Positions 10,043 through 21,136 of a stretch of DNA of 64,000 nt are shown here, piece by piece; position 1 is the first letter of the stretch, and every line of letters begins with the position of its first letter. Source of the stretch: Candidatus Falkowbacteria bacterium (lineage in GTDB: Bacteria; Patescibacteriota; Patescibacteriia; UBA11705; JABHMO01). The notes beneath the pieces were generated by a model. The model was given only the letters and a program-made list of their open reading frames with translations, had not been told where the DNA came from and searched no databases. The position numbers were made by a program, and so were the translations under genes. The stretch spans positions 256,446 through 320,445 of the forward strand of contig JABHAL010000004.1 of assembly GCA_018674305.1 (NCBI GenBank), read 5' to 3'.

Positions 10043-10384
10043 ATGATTGAGTTAGACCCTACACTTATTAAGCCTAGATACGCTTGTCCATTTTTTGGTT
10101 TTGCCCGTAGTGGCGGTAGGTTGGTGGTTAAGCATGGTGATTGCTGTTGTTTGCAAAATGGGCGTGTTTGTACTTTGAAAATTACAGGGAGGAAGCCAGA
10201 TTGGGAAGATTGTGGATCTAATTGTAATGAAAATTTTGAGAAAGTGGCAAGTCTTGCTAGGTTCTGTCGAATTTTTCCAAGTGAGTTTGCTCCACAACAA
10301 GTGGATGATAGGAAAAACTGGACAGGGATTTCTCTGAAGGTGTGGGTTGAATATGTAATGGGTGAAAATGTACCAAGACCGTAA
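10043..10384 (+). CDS. Cys-rich small hypothetical protein (9 Cys including a CCC run)
   Basis: ORF with SD (aagaggatagaATG); followed by a hairpin and T-run near 10405-10440. Confidence 0.4.
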   Translation: MIELDPTLIKPRYACPFFGFARSGGRLVVKHGDCCCLQNGRVCTLKITGRKPDWEDCGSNCNENFEKVASLARFCRIFPSEFAPQQVDDRKNWTGISLKVWVEYVMGENVPRP

Positions 10385-10675
10385 CATGAATCATTCCAAA
10401 ATCTATCACAAAGGCTTCTGTTAAAACAGAGGCTTTTTTTATTTAATTTTACACAAAATGTTATCCACAAAAATGTTCTATTGACAGGTACATGATAATT
10501 TGATAGTCTATTTATAACTAATCTTCATTAACCCTCAGGAAGACTTAGTCTTGCGATTGGAGAGTCGGGGACTTTAGGTTTTCACTAAACTACATGCTAG
10601 AGGGCTTAGATTTCCACAATTTGATAAATTAATAACAATAATCCCCGTTCCGTCCCGGGAGGGGGAGTGTTTTTT

Positions 10676-13600
10676 ATGTCTAAAAATATTGAACCAAGAA
10701 AGTACTTTTCTGACTTTTACAAATTCGACTTACCGGATTTGATTGAAATTCAAAAAAATTCCTACGATTGGTTTATGCAACAAGGTCTACGTGAACTGTT
10801 GCATGAGCTTTCACCGATCATTGATATTTCAGATAAAGGCCTGCAATTATCATTTGATGACTATTATCTAGATGAGCCAAAGTTTGATGAAGTAACCTGC
10901 AAGGAAAAAAATGTTACTTATGAGGCACCACTTAGAGTTAAGGTTTCTTTGCATAATACAAAGACCAAGAAAAAGGATGCACAAGAAATATTTTTAGGTG
11001 ACTTCCCTCTAATGACAGATAGAGGAACTTTCATTGTAAATGGAATTGAAAGAGTGGTTGTTTCTCAGATTATCCGTTCTGCTGGTGTGTTTTTTACTTC
11101 AAATTTTGTTCGTGAGAAAAACCGAGTTTTTTATGGAGCTAAGATCATCCCAAATCGTGGAGCATGGTTGGAGTTTGAAACTGATGCTAATAATGTAGTT
11201 TGGGTAAAGATTGATCGTAAAAGAAAAGTTGCTGCCACTTCATTATTACGTGCTTTTGGTGTTGATACAGATGCTGAGATTCTTAGTTTATTCAAGGACG
11301 TAGAAACTCATCCAGATATTAAATATATTGAGGCAACTCTTGCCAAGGATGCATCAAAAACTCAGGATGAAGGTTTAATTGAAGTTTATAAAAGAATTCG
11401 TCCAGGTGATATGGCAACAGCTGAAAATGCTAAGTCACTTATTTTTGCGATGTTTTTCAATTTTGACAGATATGATTTTGCTAATGTAGGAAGATACAAA
11501 TTAAACCAAAGATTTAATACAGAATATCCTTTAACTGAAGAACACCGATTCCTTAAAATTGAGGACGTAGTAAATGTTATTAAAGAAATTGTTAGATTAA
11601 ATATTACCCAGGATCCAGCTGATGATATCGATCATTTAGGAAATAGAAGAATTCGAGCTATTGGCGAATTGATTCAGAACAAGTTTAGAGTTGGTCTTGC
11701 TCGAATGGAAAGAATTGTTAAGGATAGAATGAGTACAATGGATCCTACAACTTTGACATCTTCAAAGTTGATTAATGCTCGGCCTGTTATTGGAGTAGTT
11801 CGAGAGTTTTTTATGTCTTCTCAGTTGTCTCAGTTCATGGACCAAACTAATCCTTTGGCTGAATTGGAACATAAGCGTCGAATCTCTGCTATGGGACCAG
11901 GTGGTTTATCTCGTGAACGTGCTGGATTTGAAGTTCGTGATGTGCATACCACTCATTATGGTAGAATTTGTCCAATTGAAACGCCAGAAGGTCCAAATAT
12001 TGGGTTAGTTGGTCATTTAGCTTCACATGCCCGTGTTAATAATTATGGTTTTATTGAAACCCCATATTTAAAAGTTAAACATAAGGTAACTAAAGACTTA
12101 AAAGATCCAAAGACTGGTGATGTTTTATTCAAAAAGGGGCAGGATGTAACTGGTTTGTCTTTGGAGCAAAGTTCAATCCCAACCAATGAAATAAGAGATA
12201 ATGTTGAAACTCGATTAACTGATAAAGTTGAATATTTAAATGCATTAAAAGAAGAAAAAACAATTACTACTTCATTTACTTCTGCCGTCGATAAAAATGG
12301 TAGATTTGAGAATGAGAAACTTGACACTCGGCATTTTGGGAAGCCAACAATTGATTATACGTATAATATTGATTACATGGATGTGTCTTCTAATCAGATT
12401 GTGAGCGTAGCTACTTCTTTAATTCCCTTTTTAGAACATGATGATGCTGTACGTGCATTGATGGGATCAAACATGCAACGTCAAGCGGTTCCTTGTGTTA
12501 AACCTCAATCACCTATTGTCGGTACAGGTATGGAGAGTGTTGCTGCTCGTGATTCTGGTCATGTGGTTTTGGCCGAAGCTGATGGTGAGGTAACTGCAGT
12601 TCAGGGAGATAAGGTTGAGATGTTAACTAAGAAAGGCGAAGTAAAAGTATACAACTTGAATAAATTTGTATGTTCCAATGCCTCAACAAGTATAAATCAA
12701 CGACCGATTTGTGATGTTGGAGATAAAGTAAAAAAGGGCCAAGTTTTGGCGGATGGTCCAGCTATTCAGAATGGAGAATTAGCACTTGGGCAGAATGCAC
12801 TAGTTGCTTATATGGCATGGGGTGGCTATAACTATGAGGATGCGATCATTGTTTCAGAGAACATGGTACGTGATGATCGTTTTTCTTCAGTACATATTGA
12901 AAATTATACAATTGATGTCCGTGATACTAAACTAGGTTCAGAAATGGTCACTGCTGACATCCCAAATATTAGTGAAGAAAAATTAAAAAATCTTGACGCT
13001 GAAGGTGTTGTCCGGATTGGAGCAACTGTTAAGTCCGGTGATATTTTAGTAGGAAAAATTACACCTAAGGGAGAAACTGAACTTTCAGCAGAAGAAAAAT
13101 TATTAAAAGCTATCTTTGGTGAAAAGGCTAGAGATGTGCGTGACACTTCATTACGGTTAGAACATGGTGAACATGGTAAGGTTGTAGATATTAAAATTTT
13201 CTCTCAAGAAAATGGTGATAAATTATCACCAGGTATAATAAAGTCAATTCAGATTACAATTGCTAATTTGAGAAAGATTCAAGTAGGTGATAAATTGGCT
13301 GGTCGACATGGTAATAAAGGTGTTATATCAAAGATTGTGCCGCTTGAAGACCTACCTTTCATGGAAGATGGTACACCGGTAGATGTTATTTTGACTCCAC
13401 TTGGAATTGCGTCACGTATGAACTTGGGGCAAATTCTAGAGACACATTTAGGACTAGCTGCAGATAAACTTGGCTATAAAGCTGCTACTCCAGTTTTGAA
13501 TGGTATTCATGAAGATCAGATAAAAGAAGAATTGGTCAAAGCAGGATTTCCTGAAGATGGACAATTGACTTTATATAATGGTCAGACGGGAGAACAATTC

Positions 13601-14020
13601 GAAAATAAAGTAACTGTTGGTTATAACTATATTATAAAACTTAATCATATGGTTGAGGACAAGATCCATCAGCGGTCAATTGGTCCTTACTCATTGATTA
13701 CCCAACAGCCTCTTGGTGGTAAAGCTCAATTTGGTGGTCAACGTTTTGGAGAAATGGAAGTTTGGGCGTTGGAAGGTTATGGTTGTGCCCACACCTTGCA
13801 AGAGATTTTAACGATCAAATCGGATGATGTTTTGGGTCGTGCAAAAGCGTATGAGTCGATTATTAAGGGAGAGCCTATAAAAAGATTAAATGTCCCAGAG
13901 TCTTTCAATGTATTGGTTCGTGAACTGAAAGGTTTATGCTTAGATGTTGAACTGTTGAAAGATGGAAAAAGGATTAAAGTTGACGAAAAAGACTTTGAGG
14001 ATAAAAAAACTAAAAAATAA
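10676..14020 (+). CDS. rpoB: DNA-directed RNA polymerase subunit beta. Start moved to the second ATG (MSKNIEP) behind the strong SD gggaggggga
   Basis: Full-length RpoB conservation across ~1100 aa (e.g. GDKLAGRHGNKG, NMQRQAVP). Confidence 0.95.
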   Translation: MSKNIEPRKYFSDFYKFDLPDLIEIQKNSYDWFMQQGLRELLHELSPIIDISDKGLQLSFDDYYLDEPKFDEVTCKEKNVTYEAPLRVKVSLHNTKTKKKDAQEIFLGDFPLMTDRGTFIVNGIERVVVSQIIRSAGVFFTSNFVREKNRVFYGAKIIPNRGAWLEFETDANNVVWVKIDRKRKVAATSLLRAFGVDTDAEILSLFKDVETHPDIKYIEATLAKDASKTQDEGLIEVYKRIRPGDMATAENAKSLIFAMFFNFDRYDFANVGRYKLNQRFNTEYPLTEEHRFLKIEDVVNVIKEIVRLNITQDPADDIDHLGNRRIRAIGELIQNKFRVGLARMERIVKDRMSTMDPTTLTSSKLINARPVIGVVREFFMSSQLSQFMDQTNPLAELEHKRRISAMGPGGLSRERAGFEVRDVHTTHYGRICPIETPEGPNIGLVGHLASHARVNNYGFIETPYLKVKHKVTKDLKDPKTGDVLFKKGQDVTGLSLEQSSIPTNEIRDNVETRLTDKVEYLNALKEEKTITTSFTSAVDKNGRFENEKLDTRHFGKPTIDYTYNIDYMDVSSNQIVSVATSLIPFLEHDDAVRALMGSNMQRQAVPCVKPQSPIVGTGMESVAARDSGHVVLAEADGEVTAVQGDKVEMLTKKGEVKVYNLNKFVCSNASTSINQRPICDVGDKVKKGQVLADGPAIQNGELALGQNALVAYMAWGGYNYEDAIIVSENMVRDDRFSSVHIENYTIDVRDTKLGSEMVTADIPNISEEKLKNLDAEGVVRIGATVKSGDILVGKITPKGETELSAEEKLLKAIFGEKARDVRDTSLRLEHGEHGKVVDIKIFSQENGDKLSPGIIKSIQITIANLRKIQVGDKLAGRHGNKGVISKIVPLEDLPFMEDGTPVDVILTPLGIASRMNLGQILETHLGLAADKLGYKAATPVLNGIHEDQIKEELVKAGFPEDGQLTLYNGQTGEQFENKVTVGYNYIIKLNHMVEDKIHQRSIGPYSLITQQPLGGKAQFGGQRFGEMEVWALEGYGCAHTLQEILTIKSDDVLGRAKAYESIIKGEPIKRLNVPESFNVLVRELKGLCLDVELLKDGKRIKVDEKDFEDKKTKK

Positions 14021-14107
14021 TATACATATAACATGTAACATGTGACATGTAACATCAATTTTAGTGGTGATACATGATACATGATATATGATACATGATT
14101 ATAAAAT
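14021..14107. repeat. rpoB-rpoC spacer built from short tandem motifs: ACATGT x3 and ATACATGAT x4
   Basis: Read directly from the sequence. Confidence 0.6.
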
Positions 14108-17100
14108 ATGGGTTTAGAAAGCTTAAAGATAAATGACTTTGATGCAATCCGTCTTAAGTTGGCCTCACCAAGTGATATTCATGAATGGTCACACGGCGAA
14201 GTTGTTCGGCCAGAAACTATTAACTATCGTACTCAGAAGCCAGAAAAAGATGGTTTGTTTTGCGAGAAAATTTTTGGTCCGAGTAAGGATTGGGAATGTT
14301 ATTGTGGTAAATATAAAAAAATTCGATATAAGGGAATTGTTTGTGATAAATGTGGTGTTGAAGTGACTCGTGCAGTTGTGAGACGTCAGCGAATGGGCCA
14401 TATTGATTTGGCAGTGCCAGTTTCGCATATTTGGTTTTTAAGAGGAATCCCCTCAAAGATTGGTCTAATTTTAGATTTGTCGATACAAAGATTAGAAAAA
14501 GTTATTTATTTTGCCAATTTTATTGTCACTGATGTTGAAGAAAATCTAAGAAAAGAAGAGGTTGAAAAGGTAAAAAAGGAATTCATCTCAAAGCAAAAAT
14601 CTTATGCTGCTCAGTTAAATCAAAAAGTTGAATTGATCAAAGCTAATGATGAAATGAAGAGTGCTGACAAAAAACAAGCAATTAAACAATCAACGGAAGA
14701 AAATCAAGTTTTGTTAGAGGAACTACAAGAAGATTTTAGTGATGCAGAAAAGGAATTAAAAGAATTAAAACCATTGAAAATTATTTCTGAAATTGAGTAT
14801 CATGATTTGTCATTAAAATATGGACATGTGTTTGAGGCTGCGATTGGAGCTGAAGCTATTCGCAAGCTTTTGGAAAGAGTTGATTTGAAAAAGTTGGTTA
14901 CTGAATTAGATTCTGAGTTGAGCACAGATAAAAGTGCAGGAAAAAAGAAATTGATTAACAGGGCTAAGTTGCTTAAGAGTTTACTTCGTAATAAAATCAA
15001 GCCAGAACAAATGATTTTGACGGTTATACCCGTTATCCCTCCAGATCTAAGGCCGATGGTACCACTTGACGGTGGTCGTTATGCAACCTCAGATTTAAAT
15101 GATTTATATAGACGAGTAATTTCTAGAAATAATCGTTTACGTCGTTTGAAAGAATTGAATGCCCCAGAAGTTATTATTAGAAATGAAAAACGAATGCTAC
15201 AAGAAGCTGTTGATGCTCTAATTGATAATTCTGCGAGACAAAGTAAAACAACAACTGCTTCAACTGGTCAAAAAAGAAAATTGAAATCGATTGCTGATTA
15301 TTTAAAAGGTAAAAGAGGTCGGTTTAGACAAAATTTACTTGGTAAGCGTATTGATTATTCTGGGCGTAGTGTAATTGTTATTGGTCCTGATTTAAGATTA
15401 CATCAATGTGGCTTGCCAAAGAAGATGGCTTTGGAATTATTTAAACCTTTTGTTATTAGTGAATTGATTAAACGAGAATACGTACATAATATTCGAAGCG
15501 CTAATCGTTTTATTGAAGCTGACCGAGCAGAAGTTTGGGATATTTTAGAAAATATCATTAAAGATGCTCATGTCTTATTAAATCGTGCTCCAACCTTGCA
15601 TCGTTTAGGAATTCAAGCTTTTCAGCCAGTTTTAATTGAGGGAAGGGCTATTCAATTGCATCCATTAGTATGTTCAGCTTTTAATGCTGACTTTGATGGT
15701 GATCAAATGGCAGTACATGTACCTTTAACGGAAGAAGCAAAAACTGAGGCTCGTGAACGTATGTTGTCAAGTAAGAATTTGCTCAAACCGGCAACAGGTA
15801 ATTCAATTACCACTCCAACTATGGATATGGTTTGGGGCGCTTTTCATGTGACTTACATGACTAAGGAAGATGGGCCAATTAAAATGTTTTCCACTGTAGA
15901 AGAAGCCAAGATCGCCTATGATCTTCGCAAGATTACATTGAAACAACCAATTAAAATACAGGTAAATAAAAATGAATTAGGAAAGAAGATAAAGGAAGAA
16001 ACGTTTGAAACATGTTTGGGTCGAGTTTTGTTCAATAATTTACTGCCTGATAAAATTCCATTTTACAATGAAGTGATTGATAAAAAGAAGATGGCTGCTA
16101 TTGTTCAATTGTGTTTAGAGTTTTATGGATTTGATGAAACAGCTGAAGTTTTGGATGCAATTAAAGATTTTGGTTTCAAGCAATTAACTAAGTCTGGCTA
16201 TTCATGGGGAATGGGTGATTTACCTGAGGTTAAAGGCAAAGGAGAATTAGTTCAAAAAGGTCTTAAGTCCGTTGAAGAAGTTCAAGTTCAGTATGAAGAG
16301 GGTCTTTTGACTAATGATGAACGTTATAGCAAGATTATTGAGACTTGGACCAAGATCAAAGACGAGGTTACTGCACAAAGTCAAAATGTTTTACCAGACG
16401 GAGGTCCGGTTTTCACTATGATTAGTTCAGGTGCTCGTGGTTCTTGGGGACAGTTAACTCAGATGCTCGGAATGAAAGGGCTAGTAACTAATCCAGCTGG
16501 ACAAATTATTGAATTGCCAGTTAAGGCGAATTTTAAGGAAGGATTTACAGCTTTAGAATATTATATTTCAACTCATGGTACTCGAAAAGGTTTGTCTGAT
16601 ACTGCTCTTCGAACTGCTAATGCTGGATATTTAACCAGGCGTTTAGTTGATGTAGCTCAAGACGTAGTTGTACTGAAAGATGATTGTGGTGATGATGTTG
16701 GTCGAGTTATTACTCGTGAAAATAGTGATAAAATGAATTTGAATTTCATAGAGCGAATTACTGGTCGATATCTTATTGACCCAATTAGAAATGAAAAGAC
16801 TGGCCGAGTTGCAGTTAAAGCAGGCGAATTGATTACTCACGAGATTGCTAGAAAATTAGAAAAAATTCAATTTGAATCTGCGAAAATTCGTTCAATGCTT
16901 ACTTGCCGATTTGATAAAGGTGCTTGTCGAAAATGCTACGGCTATGACCTTGCTTATAATCAGCCAGTTGAATTGGGAACTGCTGTAGGTATTATTGCAG
17001 CGCAGAGTATTGGTGAGCCTGGAACTCAGCTAACAATGAGAACCTTCCATACTGGTGGTGTAGCTGGTGGTGATGATATTACTCAGGGGTTACCTCGAGT

Positions 17101-18025
17101 AGAAGAAATTTTTGAGTCTCGTCCGCCAAAGAAAAAAGCTTTAATCGCTGAAGTTGGTGGTTTGGTTTCAATTGAGGAACAGGCTAGAACTATAATGGGT
17201 CCAAAAGGTGAAATTATTGCTAAGACATCATTTGGTCAAAGAATTTTGAAAATTCGTTATGACGAAAAAGAAGAAGATGTTTACAAAATAAAAGAAGGCT
17301 TCACAATCAAGGTAAAAGAAGGTGCCTTGGTTAATGAAAAGGAAACCTTGTATATTGATGATAAGAAGAAAAAGATAAAGTCCAAGCGCCACGGCACAGC
17401 CAAGATTGAAGAAGGTGTTTTGAGAATTGTGACTGAGATTGATAGTGAAAAAGAATATATCATTCCACCAGGAACAGTCGTCTGGGTAAAAGATGGTGAT
17501 TTGATTGAAAAGGGAGCTCAGTTGACTGAGGGGAGTTTGGAATTAGCGCAGTTATATAAAATTAGTGGACGTAATGCTGTGCAAGATTATATTATTAAGG
17601 AAATTCAGTATATTTATTCTTCTCAGGGTCAAAAGTTAAATGATAAACATGTGGAATTAATTTGTCGACAGATGTTTTCTCGTGTTTATATAACTGATTC
17701 CGGTGATACTGATCTATTAGAAGGTGAGATTTCGGAAAAAGCAAGTTTTGTTAAAGCTAATGAAGCTTTGAAAAAAGGTGAGAAACCAGCAACAGCAGAT
17801 GAGATTTTCCTAGGAATTTCCAAGATTTCTCTATCTACTAGTAGCTTTTTGTCAGCTGCTTCTTTTCAGGAAACTGCCAAAGTTTTAATCAATGCTGCAG
17901 TCACTGGTAGAATTGATCATCTAGAGGGTCTAAAAGAAAATGTTATTATTGGTCGATTGATTCCAGCTGGTACAGGGTTTAAACATTATCATAAAGATAC
18001 AGAGAAAAAAGAAGTAAAGAAATGA
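14108..18025 (+). CDS. rpoC: DNA-directed RNA polymerase subunit beta'
   Basis: NADFDGDQMAVH catalytic motif, zinc-binding Cys clusters; 1305 aa. Confidence 0.95.
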   Translation: MGLESLKINDFDAIRLKLASPSDIHEWSHGEVVRPETINYRTQKPEKDGLFCEKIFGPSKDWECYCGKYKKIRYKGIVCDKCGVEVTRAVVRRQRMGHIDLAVPVSHIWFLRGIPSKIGLILDLSIQRLEKVIYFANFIVTDVEENLRKEEVEKVKKEFISKQKSYAAQLNQKVELIKANDEMKSADKKQAIKQSTEENQVLLEELQEDFSDAEKELKELKPLKIISEIEYHDLSLKYGHVFEAAIGAEAIRKLLERVDLKKLVTELDSELSTDKSAGKKKLINRAKLLKSLLRNKIKPEQMILTVIPVIPPDLRPMVPLDGGRYATSDLNDLYRRVISRNNRLRRLKELNAPEVIIRNEKRMLQEAVDALIDNSARQSKTTTASTGQKRKLKSIADYLKGKRGRFRQNLLGKRIDYSGRSVIVIGPDLRLHQCGLPKKMALELFKPFVISELIKREYVHNIRSANRFIEADRAEVWDILENIIKDAHVLLNRAPTLHRLGIQAFQPVLIEGRAIQLHPLVCSAFNADFDGDQMAVHVPLTEEAKTEARERMLSSKNLLKPATGNSITTPTMDMVWGAFHVTYMTKEDGPIKMFSTVEEAKIAYDLRKITLKQPIKIQVNKNELGKKIKEETFETCLGRVLFNNLLPDKIPFYNEVIDKKKMAAIVQLCLEFYGFDETAEVLDAIKDFGFKQLTKSGYSWGMGDLPEVKGKGELVQKGLKSVEEVQVQYEEGLLTNDERYSKIIETWTKIKDEVTAQSQNVLPDGGPVFTMISSGARGSWGQLTQMLGMKGLVTNPAGQIIELPVKANFKEGFTALEYYISTHGTRKGLSDTALRTANAGYLTRRLVDVAQDVVVLKDDCGDDVGRVITRENSDKMNLNFIERITGRYLIDPIRNEKTGRVAVKAGELITHEIARKLEKIQFESAKIRSMLTCRFDKGACRKCYGYDLAYNQPVELGTAVGIIAAQSIGEPGTQLTMRTFHTGGVAGGDDITQGLPRVEEIFESRPPKKKALIAEVGGLVSIEEQARTIMGPKGEIIAKTSFGQRILKIRYDEKEEDVYKIKEGFTIKVKEGALVNEKETLYIDDKKKKIKSKRHGTAKIEEGVLRIVTEIDSEKEYIIPPGTVVWVKDGDLIEKGAQLTEGSLELAQLYKISGRNAVQDYIIKEIQYIYSSQGQKLNDKHVELICRQMFSRVYITDSGDTDLLEGEISEKASFVKANEALKKGEKPATADEIFLGISKISLSTSSFLSAASFQETAKVLINAAVTGRIDHLEGLKENVIIGRLIPAGTGFKHYHKDTEKKEVKK

Positions 18026-18118
18026 TAATAATGTAGAGCGTAACATAATCACATACCAGGCATTGGCAATTACGTTGTTGCTATGTGATAAATGTTATGA
18101 GTTACGTATTTAGAAAGT

Positions 18119-20056
18119 ATGAACAAATACGGTATTATAAAAAATCTAGTTTTGTTTCTAATTGTATTCCTGTTTATTGCAAGTATTTTTAGTTTGTATA
18201 ATGTATCAGAAAAAGAGGTTGGTAAGATTGATATTCAGAAAATGGTACAGGAGATTAATGAAGAAAAAGTGCAAAAAATTGATGTTCAGGGAGACATGTT
18301 AAAGATAACCCTACTAGATGGTACAAATCAAGAATTAAAAAAAGAAACTTCTGAGTCATTGTCAGAGTTATTAAATAATTTTAGTATTTCGGAAGACAAG
18401 ATGAAGAAATTTGCCATTGAAGTTAAAGACGAAAGTGGTTTTAAATACTGGATGGGAGCTATTTTACCATTTTTAATTCCGCTTCTGTTTATCGGAGTGT
18501 TTCTTTGGTACATGCTACGTCAAGTTCAGGGTGCTAATAGTCGAGCCATGAGTTTTGGTCAGAGTCGAGCGCGAGAGGTTAAACAATCAGGTAAAGATAA
18601 AGTTACATTTAAGAATGTAGCAGGTGTTAAGGAAGCCAAAGAAGAACTTCAAGAGATTGTTGAATTTTTGAAATTCCCTAAAAAGTTTACCACCTTAGGT
18701 GCTAAAATTCCTAAAGGTGTTCTTTTAATGGGGTCACCTGGAACGGGTAAAACTCTTTTGGCAAAAGCGGTTGCGGGTGAGGCAGATGTGCCATTTTTTT
18801 CAATTTCAGGATCTGAATTTGTAGAAATGTTCGTCGGTGTTGGTGCTTCGCGTGTACGAGACTTATTCAAAAAGGCCAAAAAGAATTCACCATGTATAGT
18901 TTTTATTGATGAAATTGATGCGGTCGGTAGACAACGTGGTGCAGGACTAGGAGGTTCTCATGATGAGCGTGAGCAAACCTTGAATCAGATTTTAGTAGAA
19001 ATGGATGGCTTTGATCCACACGCTAATGTCATTGTCATGGCCGCAACGAATCGCCCAGATGTGCTTGATCCAGCTTTGCTTCGACCAGGAAGATTTGATC
19101 GGCGGGTGATATTAGAATTGCCAGATATAAATGATCGTGAAGAAATTCTAAAAGTACATTCTAAACAAAAACCTTTATCAAAAGATATAGACATGCGACG
19201 AGTTGCTGAGCGCACACCAGGTTTTTCTGGTGCAGACTTGGCAAACTTGTTTAACGAGGCTGCTATTTTAGCAGCACGCAGGGACAAGAAAAAGATTGAT
19301 CAAAAAGAATTGCTAGAGAGTATTGAAAAGGTTATGTTAGGTCCAGAGAGAAAAAGTCATATTTTGTCTGCTGCGGAAAAAAAGGTAACTGCAGTTCATG
19401 AAGCTGGTCATGCTCTAGTATCACATATTCTGCCTAATTCAGACCCTGTTCACAAAGTATCTATTATTTCTCGTGGTCGAGCAGCTGGCTATACAATGAA
19501 TTTACCTGAGAAAGATAAATATTTACATTCTAAATCAGAGTACATTGATAATTTAGCAGTGCTTTTGGCTGGTCATAAGGCAGAAAAACTTGAATTTGGT
19601 GAGGTTACAACTGGAGCTTCAAATGATCTTCAGCGAGCAACAGATTTAGCGCGCAGTTTAATTACCCAATATGGTATGAGTGATGATCTGGCTCCACGAA
19701 CCTATGGTGATAAAGACGAAATGATTTTCTTGGGTAGAGAAATTTCAGAAAAGAGAAATTATTCAGAAAAAGTAGCTGAACAAATAGATAGTGAAATAGA
19801 CAAGCTAGTTTTACAAGCAGCTCAAACAGCAGAGAAGGTAATTTCTGAAAACAAGGATAAAATGGAGAAAATAGTAAACGAATTATTAGAAAAGGAGAAA
19901 ATAGAAAAAGACGAATTCTTGTTTTTGGTTGATGGAATTAAACTTCCTGCCCCTAAAGATTCAAAAGATAAGAAGGACAAAGAAGATAAAGAAGCAACTT
20001 CTTCAGATGAATCCGAGGAAAAAAAGGAAATAAAAAAAGATAAAGAAAAAGCTTAA
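18119..20056 (+). CDS. ftsH: ATP-dependent zinc metalloprotease FtsH
   Basis: N-terminal TM segments, Walker A GSPGTGKT, second region of homology, HEAGHA zinc motif. Confidence 0.95.
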   Translation: MNKYGIIKNLVLFLIVFLFIASIFSLYNVSEKEVGKIDIQKMVQEINEEKVQKIDVQGDMLKITLLDGTNQELKKETSESLSELLNNFSISEDKMKKFAIEVKDESGFKYWMGAILPFLIPLLFIGVFLWYMLRQVQGANSRAMSFGQSRAREVKQSGKDKVTFKNVAGVKEAKEELQEIVEFLKFPKKFTTLGAKIPKGVLLMGSPGTGKTLLAKAVAGEADVPFFSISGSEFVEMFVGVGASRVRDLFKKAKKNSPCIVFIDEIDAVGRQRGAGLGGSHDEREQTLNQILVEMDGFDPHANVIVMAATNRPDVLDPALLRPGRFDRRVILELPDINDREEILKVHSKQKPLSKDIDMRRVAERTPGFSGADLANLFNEAAILAARRDKKKIDQKELLESIEKVMLGPERKSHILSAAEKKVTAVHEAGHALVSHILPNSDPVHKVSIISRGRAAGYTMNLPEKDKYLHSKSEYIDNLAVLLAGHKAEKLEFGEVTTGASNDLQRATDLARSLITQYGMSDDLAPRTYGDKDEMIFLGREISEKRNYSEKVAEQIDSEIDKLVLQAAQTAEKVISENKDKMEKIVNELLEKEKIEKDEFLFLVDGIKLPAPKDSKDKKDKEDKEATSSDESEEKKEIKKDKEKA

Positions 20057-20153
20057 TGTTCCCGGGATGGATTCGTTAAGTTCAGTATAGAAAATAGGCA
20101 TTCTTGTGGGGAGGTGCCTATTTTTGTTTTATTATTTAAAAGTATTAGTATGC

Positions 20154-20182
20154 TTGACAATAGGATTAATTTTAGTTAATGT
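20154..20182 (+). promoter_or_regulatory. Promoter TTGACA-N17-TAATGT upstream of the Cys/His repeat protein gene
   Basis: Read directly; followed by SD aaaaggagga and a TTG start. Confidence 0.45.
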
Positions 20183-20218
20183 ATTTTGATGTTCATTTAA
20201 CTGAAAAGGAGGATATCT

Positions 20219-20725
20219 TTGGGAAATAAAAAATGTAATGAACCGGATTGTCAAAAGCAATCGCAAAATGGTTTTTTCGGTTATTGCGTGGCGCATGGTC
20301 GTGAACAGGGAATTACAAAAAAATCTAATCCTGAATGTAAAGAAATAGGTTGTAAAAAAGTAGCAGTTTTTGGATTTGAAAACTATTGCATCGCGCATGG
20401 TCGTGAATATGGGATTACAAAAAAATCTAATCCTGAATGCAAGGAAAAGGGCTGTCAGAAAAGAAAGAAAGGTGGTTTTAGTGGATATTGTATTGCTCAC
20501 GGACGAGAGTATGGAGTTACGAAAATAAGCAGCATCTTATGTAAAGAAGAGGGTTGTCAGAAAAGAAGGAAAAGTGGTTTTAATGGATATTGTGTTGCTC
20601 ACGGACGAGCGTATGGAATTACGAAAAGATCTACTGGTCCATGTAAAGAAAAGGGTTGTCAAAAAAGAAGGCAAAGTGGTTTTAATGGATATTGTATTGC
20701 GCATGGTCGTGAACATGATGTTTAA
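20219..20725 (+). CDS. Tandem-repeat Cys/His-rich protein. Five ~37-aa repeats of C-x4-C-x(~10)-GFxGYC-x-AHGRExG[IV]TK, a putative zinc-binding repeat of unknown function
   Basis: Five near-identical repeats at protein level and ~111-bp repeats at DNA level; TTG start after a good SD; terminator at 20731-20760. Confidence 0.55.
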   Translation: MGNKKCNEPDCQKQSQNGFFGYCVAHGREQGITKKSNPECKEIGCKKVAVFGFENYCIAHGREYGITKKSNPECKEKGCQKRKKGGFSGYCIAHGREYGVTKISSILCKEEGCQKRRKSGFNGYCVAHGRAYGITKRSTGPCKEKGCQKRRQSGFNGYCIAHGREHDV

Positions 20726-20730
20726 AAAAA

Positions 20731-20760
20731 TAAATCGGCAAAGCATTGCCGATTTTTTAT
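20731..20760 (+). terminator. Intrinsic terminator (aatcggcaa-agca-ttgccgatt + T-run)
   Basis: Perfect stem read directly. Confidence 0.7.
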
Positions 20761-20827
20761 TTGGATAAAATTTTGACATTAGTATGAAAGTGTAATAAAA
20801 TATCTTTAGTTAACGAAGGAGGCTCTC

Positions 20828-21136
20828 GTGAAAACTCAGGATATACTTTGGCGATTGAAAAACCTAGACGAATGGTTTAACGGAGACCAGTGGTGGAGGG
20901 AGCTTTTTAACACACACAAGAAGATAATTAAACAGGCTTGTTTAGATCTAGTAGATCGTTTAGAATTACTAGGATCTTTTTCAGATGCAATTTCTTCTAA
21001 ACAGTTTGCGGTTTTGTTTAATGGAGTTTTTCAGCCTGAACTGAGCATCCATCCTCATATGCAAGAGGAATTGATTGCTCTTTTGTTCAAGGATGATCAC
21101 AATTATCAAAAAGAGGTATGTGATTATTTACAATGA
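20828..21136 (+). CDS. Hypothetical protein (GTG start)
   Basis: ORF with SD acgaaggaggctctcGTG. Confidence 0.35.
   Translation: MKTQDILWRLKNLDEWFNGDQWWRELFNTHKKIIKQACLDLVDRLELLGSFSDAISSKQFAVLFNGVFQPELSIHPHMQEELIALLFKDDHNYQKEVCDYLQ

Noticed and set aside
20132-20779. Minus-strand ORFs 20132-20500 and 20537-20779 and plus ORF 20574-20768 overlapping the Cys/His repeat gene
   Set aside because: All are long only because the 111-bp tandem repeat lacks stops in several frames. Only the + frame has an SD, promoter and terminator and gives a coherent repeat protein.
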